Part shown: in pieces, positions 58,226-64,000 of the stretch
Layout of the letters: the number at the start of each line of letters is the position of its first letter
Position numbering within the stretch: the first letter of the stretch is position 1
Assembly (NCBI GenBank): GCA_049322675.1
Contig: JBMORM010000025.1
Span: 128,520 to 192,519, forward strand
Source: Patescibacteria group bacterium
GTDB lineage: Bacteria > Patescibacteriota > JAHJAL01
Direction: 5' to 3'
Length of the DNA: 64,000 nucleotides
Translations under genes and position numbers: made by a program
Notes under the pieces: model-generated
Databases searched by the model: none
Told to the model about the DNA's origin: nothing
Seen by the model: the letters and a program-made list of their open reading frames with translations, nothing else

Positions 58226-58853
58226 TGTTGATGATATTATTTTTAGAAAATGAATACTTATTTTTTTCCTGATAAAGAGAATTATAGGCTACGAGTAGTT
58301 GAGAAAATTCTTTTATATACTCTTGATATTTTTTTTGATCTTTTTTTCTTTCTTCTTCATTATCGGCAATATTGAAATTGATTATTTGTTTAATAAAGAT
58401 TATTTCGGAATATTTGTGTGAGAGTAAATGAGAAAAGGTTTTTTTGTCGAATGCCAAATCAAATAATCTTTCTTTATAGATTGGGTCTTTGAGAAAGTTT
58501 TCTGGTATATCTACTTGAGAAATGTTATTAGTTTTATTTTGATTTTCCGAGTGTAATACTTGGAAAAGATATGATTTTGCTTTTAAAATATCTTCGTCTG
58601 TCGTTATTTTTTTTATTTCCGAGGCGATATTGTTTTCATTGTTATATGGATCGATAGCTGGATCGTTGGATTGAAGTATAGTGTTAATATTTTTTAATAT
58701 GTGAGATATCGTTCCGAATGTTGATTTTTGAAAATCTTCAAAATAATTTGATTTGAGAAAATCCAATGATACTTGTTTTATATTTGATTTTTTTTCGATC
58801 TCTTCGATCTCATTTTCTTTTAAAGAAAATGATGAGAATGTTTCTTTAAACAT
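58215..58853 (-). CDS. Hypothetical protein
   Basis: 212-aa AT-rich ORF overlapping the rpiB start. Confidence 0.6.
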   Translation of the reverse strand: MFKETFSSFSLKENEIEEIEKKSNIKQVSLDFLKSNYFEDFQKSTFGTISHILKNINTILQSNDPAIDPYNNENNIASEIKKITTDEDILKAKSYLFQVLHSENQNKTNNISQVDIPENFLKDPIYKERLFDLAFDKKTFSHLLSHKYSEIIFIKQIINFNIADNEEERKKDQKKYQEYIKEFSQLLVAYNSLYQEKNKYSFSKNNIINNAN

Positions 58854-58935
58854 TTTTTATTTTTTTATTTATTTTATTTATTTATCTTAGTATTATATCA
58901 TTTATTTTATAAAATATCAATAAGTAAAACTTAAG

Positions 58936-59100
58936 TTATTTTTCTAGGTTCTCTTTTAGTTTATTTATTCTTGCTTCAAGAGATATTTTAACTCCGGTCT
59001 CTTTTTCGATTTGTTTTTGGATATTTTCGAAGAGTATTTTTTTTAACTCAAAAATAATTTTTTTTTCACTAGGCGGCCAAGTTGGTTTTTCTGGATTCAT
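58936..59100 (-). CDS. 54-aa hypothetical protein
   Basis: MNPEKPTWPPSEKKIIFELKKILFENIQKQIEKETGVKISLEARINKLKENLEK*, read by hand. Confidence 0.45.
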   Translation of the reverse strand: MNPEKPTWPPSEKKIIFELKKILFENIQKQIEKETGVKISLEARINKLKENLEK

Positions 59101-59241
59101 AGTAGAAATATAATGATTATGAAATCGACCAGATTGTATCAGGGTTTATTTTTATAATCAATAATTTTTGCACAAGAATATAATCATATTGTTAATTATA
59201 ATATGATTATATTATTGACTAAAATAGTGTAATATTATTTA

Positions 59242-60024
59242 CTATCGATTTTGGTTCTTCTCGTCTTCATCAAAAAACATTTTTATGATTATTATAGTGC
59301 ATGAGAAATTTTTGATAAAGTCGTTATATATTTCTGTATCTTTTTGATATAAGCCAAATTCATATCCTGAAAAGAATGTAGCTTTGTGACCAATAAGATT
59401 TGTTAAATTATGCAAAACAATATTGGTAACTTTTACAGTTTTGATTTTATCTTCAGAAATCTTGATTTGGACTTCGGCACCAGGTATTTTGGCATAATTT
59501 GGATTCGTATTTTCGATGTAGTTTAATGGTTTTGGTTGATTATCTTCTGTCCCGTCTTTTGTATTTATGTATTCGTTTTTTTTATTAATGAAATATTCAA
59601 CAAAAAAATTATATACTATCGCGGGATTGATGTCTTCAATTTTTTTTCTCAAATTTTCAACAAACGAGTGATATTTGTCTGATTCATTAGTTTGTGCGTT
59701 TTTCGGGAGATTTGATAAGCAGTATACAATGCCTGGACATCGATGGATGTTTTGAAAATATTTAATAATATTTTTAAAGGTATCTGTGTTTGTTTCGAGA
59801 AATTTCTCTTTTTTGGATTCGAAGTGATTAAGAAAATCTGGGTTGATTATTGTTTGTTTTACTTCATTTTCATCATTGATTGTTGGGATGGGGTTAATAT
59901 TGTTTTGGAGCTTAAAGAATAATGGATGGTGAGGAACAAAATATTCTTCAGTTTGTTTTCTTTCAAGATTTGACAATATGTTTTGATCAAACGAGGCGAA
60001 TTTTTTTGGTTGATCCAAAGACAT
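59242..60024 (-). CDS. Hypothetical protein
   Basis: 260-aa ORF; no motif recognised. Confidence 0.6.
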   Translation of the reverse strand: MSLDQPKKFASFDQNILSNLERKQTEEYFVPHHPLFFKLQNNINPIPTINDENEVKQTIINPDFLNHFESKKEKFLETNTDTFKNIIKYFQNIHRCPGIVYCLSNLPKNAQTNESDKYHSFVENLRKKIEDINPAIVYNFFVEYFINKKNEYINTKDGTEDNQPKPLNYIENTNPNYAKIPGAEVQIKISEDKIKTVKVTNIVLHNLTNLIGHKATFFSGYEFGLYQKDTEIYNDFIKNFSCTIIIIKMFFDEDEKNQNR

Positions 60025-60093
60025 AAAAAATTACCAGGATTAAATATAAATCATCCTGGTAGTGTAACATTTTATTGATTGTTAATCAAGATT

Positions 60094-60549
60094 TTAAGCT
60101 GCTTTTTCCAATATATGACTGTTTGGTTTTAGTGTTGCGAATGAGATATTGTTTGGTAATTCTTGATTCGGATAATGCAACTTATGAATAAATGTTTTAT
60201 AATCTTCCAGTGTTTTTTCAAGATGAAGAATTAAGAATATTTTATCGGAATTTTGAATATGTTTTGGTAGATTAAAAATCGCAGTATTGTCTAGTATTTG
60301 AAATGAAGAAGGGTTGAGAAGATTTTTAGGTTTGGGAAATTTGCTCCAAGCTTGATATAATCTTTCTTTATCAATGGATGGATGGTAGAAAACTTGGGAA
60401 GTTAGTTTTATTTTTTCTATATTGCTTGCCTGTTTTTTAGATTCCGGAATATAGATATATAATTCCTCATTATTTGGAAGAATATCCAGAGGGAGACTTA
60501 TGTCTTCCTGGTCAGAAAAGTTTTTTTCAAACTTTGATAAGGGTGTCAT
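60094..60549 (-). CDS. Hypothetical protein
   Basis: 151-aa ORF followed by a hairpin taccaggat/atcctggta (about 60032-60061). Confidence 0.55.
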   Translation of the reverse strand: MTPLSKFEKNFSDQEDISLPLDILPNNEELYIYIPESKKQASNIEKIKLTSQVFYHPSIDKERLYQAWSKFPKPKNLLNPSSFQILDNTAIFNLPKHIQNSDKIFLILHLEKTLEDYKTFIHKLHYPNQELPNNISFATLKPNSHILEKAA

Positions 60550-60625
60550 AAAAATAGATTATTTCTTTCTTAACTTTATATTAACTTGCAAACATTAAAA
60601 AAAGATTAAGATTTTATTGAGAATA

Positions 60626-61747
60626 CTATTCAATTATTGGTTTGTCAATCAATAAGGGCTCAATAGTGCTTTCTTTGTCTGTTAGACGAGAGATATCTTT
60701 GTCTATTTTTTTGAATTCTTTGTAGCCGTCGTTGTATTTGTTGACGGTGGCTTGAAGATTTTTGCCGATTCCTTGCATGTAACTATCATATTCATGTAGG
60801 TGGCGACTAAGATTTTGGACGTTTTTGATAATTTCTTTGACCGATTCTTCGACTTGAAGTGATTTTAAAGCTTGTAAGACAGTTTGCAGGTAGGCAAAAA
60901 ATGATGTTGGCGAGACGATAATTACTTTCTTGGAAAAGGCGTATTCGATCAAATCTTTCGAATTGACATTGGTGGTGCCGACTTTATAAATGAGCAAATT
61001 GTAATAAATGCCTTCGGCAGGAATAAACATAAAGGCGAAGTCGGTAGTATTTTCTGATGGGCGGATATATTTGGCGGTTTCATCAATACGATTTTTGATA
61101 TCCATTTTGAATTGTTTTTCCAGATTATCTCGTTTGGATTCTTCTTTTTCTTCCATAATAAGGTTGTATTTTTCCAGGGAGAATTTGGCATCGATTGGGA
61201 TGATTTTGTTTTTGACAAAAATAGCGGCGTCAACTATCTCGCCATTGGGGAATTTGTATTGCATTTGATAGTGACTGGGAGGCAAAATATTTCCTAGTAA
61301 TGTTTCCAGGAAATACTCTCCCAAAATACCTCGTTGTTTGGGATTTTTTAGAATATTTTCCAAACTTTGCATCTGAGTAGCAAAGTTGACAACTTGTTTG
61401 TTGGTCTCATCAAGTTTGGTTAATTTTTCGGTGACTTCTTGGATGGTTTTTGATGAGTCGGCACTGATTTTACTGATAGTTTGGTTGCTGATAGCAAATT
61501 GTTTTTGCAGGGTTTCATTTGATTTTTCCAGTTGTTGATTGATGTTTTGATTGGAATTGATAAGTTGTTGATTGGTTTCTTTTAATCGATCGTCGATTTG
61601 TCTGGTTAATTCGTTTATTTGGTTCTGTAGTAAAAGCAGAGTTTGATCTTGGGAAGAATCAACTTTGGTTTTTTCCAGCTTGAAATAGAGATAGACAAAG
61701 ATAATTATTAGTAAAATGCAGATGATGACGTAAAAGATGTATTGCAT
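60626..61747 (-). CDS. rmuC: DNA recombination protein RmuC
   Basis: N-terminal TM + coiled coil, NPKQRGILGE, PIDAKF, KYI.P.NTTDFAFMFIPAEG, SPTSF. Confidence 0.92.
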   Translation of the reverse strand: MQYIFYVIICILLIIIFVYLYFKLEKTKVDSSQDQTLLLLQNQINELTRQIDDRLKETNQQLINSNQNINQQLEKSNETLQKQFAISNQTISKISADSSKTIQEVTEKLTKLDETNKQVVNFATQMQSLENILKNPKQRGILGEYFLETLLGNILPPSHYQMQYKFPNGEIVDAAIFVKNKIIPIDAKFSLEKYNLIMEEKEESKRDNLEKQFKMDIKNRIDETAKYIRPSENTTDFAFMFIPAEGIYYNLLIYKVGTTNVNSKDLIEYAFSKKVIIVSPTSFFAYLQTVLQALKSLQVEESVKEIIKNVQNLSRHLHEYDSYMQGIGKNLQATVNKYNDGYKEFKKIDKDISRLTDKESTIEPLLIDKPIIE

Positions 61748-61751
61748 GGGA

Positions 61752-61822
61752 TAATTTTTAATTTTTAATTTCTAATTTTTAAACATATTTTGTTTAAAAA
61801 TTAGAAATTAAAAATTAGAAAT
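61752..61822. repeat. Heptamer-period inverted-repeat element
   Basis: (taatttY)x4-AAACATATTTTGTTT-(Raaatta)x4; supplies the truB stop. Confidence 0.8.
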
Positions 61823-62540
61823 TTTGTGTTTGCTGATTTTTATGGTGTTGAAGACGAATTATGAGGTCTGATGGTAAATGGTGAGAATTTTTGTGTTCCC
61901 ACTCCCCTACTCTTGTGCGAATTAAGTTGGTACAGTAACCGCCTGTTTTAAGGATTTGGCCTAGATCATGAGCGATAGAGCGAATATAGGTGCCGGAGCC
62001 GCAAGTGATTTTCAGGATTAAATTAGGATATTTATATTTTTTTATCTCTATGTTATATATTATAACTTTTTTGGGTGACAATTTAACAGTTTTGTTATTT
62101 CTGGCCAACTGATAAGCCCTTTGGCCATTTATTTTTTTGGCGGAGAAGATTGGAGGCATTTGCGATATTTCGCCGATAAATTTTTCAGATATGATTTTTG
62201 CAATTTGTTGTTTGGTTGGGAGTGGTTGAAAATTTTCAACCACTACAATATCGCCTTCCGGGTCGTAGGTGCTTGAAGTAAAACCAAATTTGATAGTTGC
62301 TAAATATTCTTTGGGTTGGGATTGGATCTCGATAATTTTTTTGGTGTCGGTATCGGTGCAAATCACTAATACTCCTTCGGCAAAAGGATCGAGGGTACCG
62401 GCATGACCGATTTTTTTTGTAAAAATATCAGATGAAATGATATTTTCTAACCAGGGAATATTGTCTTTTTTTATTTTTTTAATAATTCGAATGCAATCGT
62501 AAGATGTAATATTGGTTGGTTTGTGAATATTGAGAATCAT
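61815..62540 (-). CDS. truB: tRNA pseudouridine(55) synthase, no PUA domain
   Basis: KIGHAGTLDPFAEGVL, QMPPIFSAKKINGQRAY, CGSGTYIRSIAHDLG. Confidence 0.95.
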   Translation of the reverse strand: MILNIHKPTNITSYDCIRIIKKIKKDNIPWLENIISSDIFTKKIGHAGTLDPFAEGVLVICTDTDTKKIIEIQSQPKEYLATIKFGFTSSTYDPEGDIVVVENFQPLPTKQQIAKIISEKFIGEISQMPPIFSAKKINGQRAYQLARNNKTVKLSPKKVIIYNIEIKKYKYPNLILKITCGSGTYIRSIAHDLGQILKTGGYCTNLIRTRVGEWEHKNSHHLPSDLIIRLQHHKNQQTQNF

Positions 62541-62595
62541 TTTTTATTTATTTGTAAATTAAAAAAGAGAAAAACATTTTTCTCTTTTTTGCTAA

Positions 62596-62677
62596 TGGGC
62601 GAGAGAGGAATCGAACCTCCATGGATTGCTCCACATGCTCCTAAGGCATGCGCGTCTGCCAGTTTCGCCACTCGCCC
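62596..62677 (-). tRNA. tRNA-Leu (anticodon TAG), CCA not encoded
   Basis: gggcgagtggcgaaactggcagacgcgcatgccTTAGGAgcatgtggagcaatccatggaggttcgattcctctctcgccca; long variable arm, GTTCGA T-loop. Confidence 0.95.
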
Positions 62678-62683
62678 GCGTCG

Positions 62684-62765
62684 GAACCGATCCTATCGTT
62701 ACATGAAAGCCAAAAACTTTTCGGACGGGCAGGTCGCGACCTGCACCTACGGTTAGGATCGGTTC
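62684..62765. repeat. 12-bp inverted repeat enclosing a GTAG-type REP
   Basis: gaaccgatccta ... gggcaggtcgcgacctgcacctac ... taggatcggttc. Confidence 0.7.
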
Positions 62766-62992
62766 TTCCTCTACAAAAAAATTTCTGCGACAATTTTTTT
62801 GTTATCAACTACATTAAATATACGATTCTGCCGTTGTTTGTATGCCAAAAAATATTGGAAGATGGGATCTTGTATTTTTAAGCTGGTTGGGGTATAATGG
62901 TTTGATTTGAAATATTTTGGGGTAGTTATGGAAAAAATATCCCAAGCAAGAGATATTTATATATTACCAGAAATAAATAAAAAAATAAAAAT

Positions 62993-64000
62993 ATGAAGAA
63001 GATTCTTTTGGCTTTATTTGTATTACCGATTTTATTGATCGGTAGTTCCAACATGGTAAAAGCAGATGCAACTACAGGTTATGATTACGAGGTAGTTGGA
63101 AAATCAGATAATGCGGAGATATATCAAGGTAGTCGAGTTATTTTATGGGTAAAGATAAAAAATACTGGGACAAAACCATGGTATAACTCAGAGATTCCTG
63201 ACGGCAAGGATGGAGGGTGGATTGAAATGATGTGTAAGCCAAATTCGACAGTAGTATCGCCAGGTGATTGTCCATTTTATACTGAAGGAAATTGGCAGAA
63301 ACCTGGAATTTTACGTCGAATGGACGAATCAATAGTTTTGCCGGGACAAACAGGTAGTTTCGGTTTTTATGCTACTCCAGGGGAAACGTTGGTTCCTGGT
63401 GAATATAGATTAAATATTGTCCCAACTATAGGTTTATTGGATTCTGAAGGAATTGGATATGAAGCAACATTGTTGCCAGATAAAGGAATTTCGTGGACGA
63501 TCAGAGTATTGCCAAAAATTCAGACCACTGAAATATATGCGGCTGAGGTGGTAGGTCCAAAAGAAATTATTTTGGGAATGAAAGATTTGGATCAGTTGTG
63601 TTCCGATGAAGAAAATCAACAGGCAACAACTTTGCTGACTCTGGGAGAAAATAAAAATATTAATGTTGATTGTGGCAAATATTTACAAACGAGAGAGGTA
63701 CAAGTAAGATTTGATGTTAAAAATATTGGGAATGTACTTTGGAGACGAAATGAGGGTTTTCCGATTCATATTGCGACTTTTGTCCCTAGAGATCGATATA
63801 GCTTGATTTATCATAATAGTTGGTTGGGTTTTAATCGTCCGGCCGCTATTGACGGTGATAATATCGCAAATGGAGGAAATACGAGTATTTCTTTTAAGAT
63901 TAAAGTGCCAAATACTTTGTCTTCTGGACAGAATGAGTTGATTGAATCATTTTGGCTTGTGGCTGAGGGCAAACAATGGTTTACCAATACTGGGTTGATG
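62993..64000 (+). CDS. Exported protein with NBR1-like Ig domains, truncated by the window end
   Basis: MKKILLALFVLPILLIGSSNMVKA signal; WVKIKNTGTKPW and VKNIGNVLW..PIHIATFVPRDRYS..FWLVAEG resemble the L,D-transpeptidase tail; absent from the ORF track because it has no stop in the window. Confidence 0.8.
   Translation, partial: MKKILLALFVLPILLIGSSNMVKADATTGYDYEVVGKSDNAEIYQGSRVILWVKIKNTGTKPWYNSEIPDGKDGGWIEMMCKPNSTVVSPGDCPFYTEGNWQKPGILRRMDESIVLPGQTGSFGFYATPGETLVPGEYRLNIVPTIGLLDSEGIGYEATLLPDKGISWTIRVLPKIQTTEIYAAEVVGPKEIILGMKDLDQLCSDEENQQATTLLTLGENKNINVDCGKYLQTREVQVRFDVKNIGNVLWRRNEGFPIHIATFVPRDRYSLIYHNSWLGFNRPAAIDGDNIANGGNTSISFKIKVPNTLSSGQNELIESFWLVAEGKQWFTNTGLM

Noticed and set aside
62560-62600. 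Prophage or island integrated at tRNA-Leu
   Set aside because: No integrase or duplicated tRNA 3' end seen; truB follows after a terminator-like hairpin

Overview
Low-GC bacterial chromosome segment with a Patescibacteria (CPR)-like gene set: a sigma70-r4/winged-helix protein, a stand-alone VirD4/HerA-like ATPase, split transketolase, a DUF11 surface protein and many orphans. It uses the standard genetic code, and prfB has its programmed +1 frameshift. Most genes are housekeeping: DNA repair (nfo, rnhA, UvrD-nuclease fusion, recR, dinB, rmuC), division (ftsEX plus an M23 protein), gap/pgk, tig/clpP, secDF, the non-oxidative pentose phosphate block, cysS, tRNA-Leu(UAG) and many RNA-modification enzymes. 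Genes are mostly on + up to 36.4 kb and mostly on - after 36.7 kb. Main observations: (1) Elp3 is divergently paired with a methyltransferase carrying eukaryotic Trm9/ALKBH8 motifs, a candidate bacterial mcm5U34 pathway; (2) an unannotated ~200-nt structured RNA with its own promoter and terminator lies between cysS and dusB; (3) 7-bp-period, often palindromic elements fill many intergenic gaps and enter coding sequence; (4) an 11-6-11 dif-like palindrome sits where gene orientation converges; (5) there are readable regulatory sites, namely a LytTR box, twin operators at dinB and a switch-like leader. All calls come from reading motifs by eye. No database search or folding program was run.
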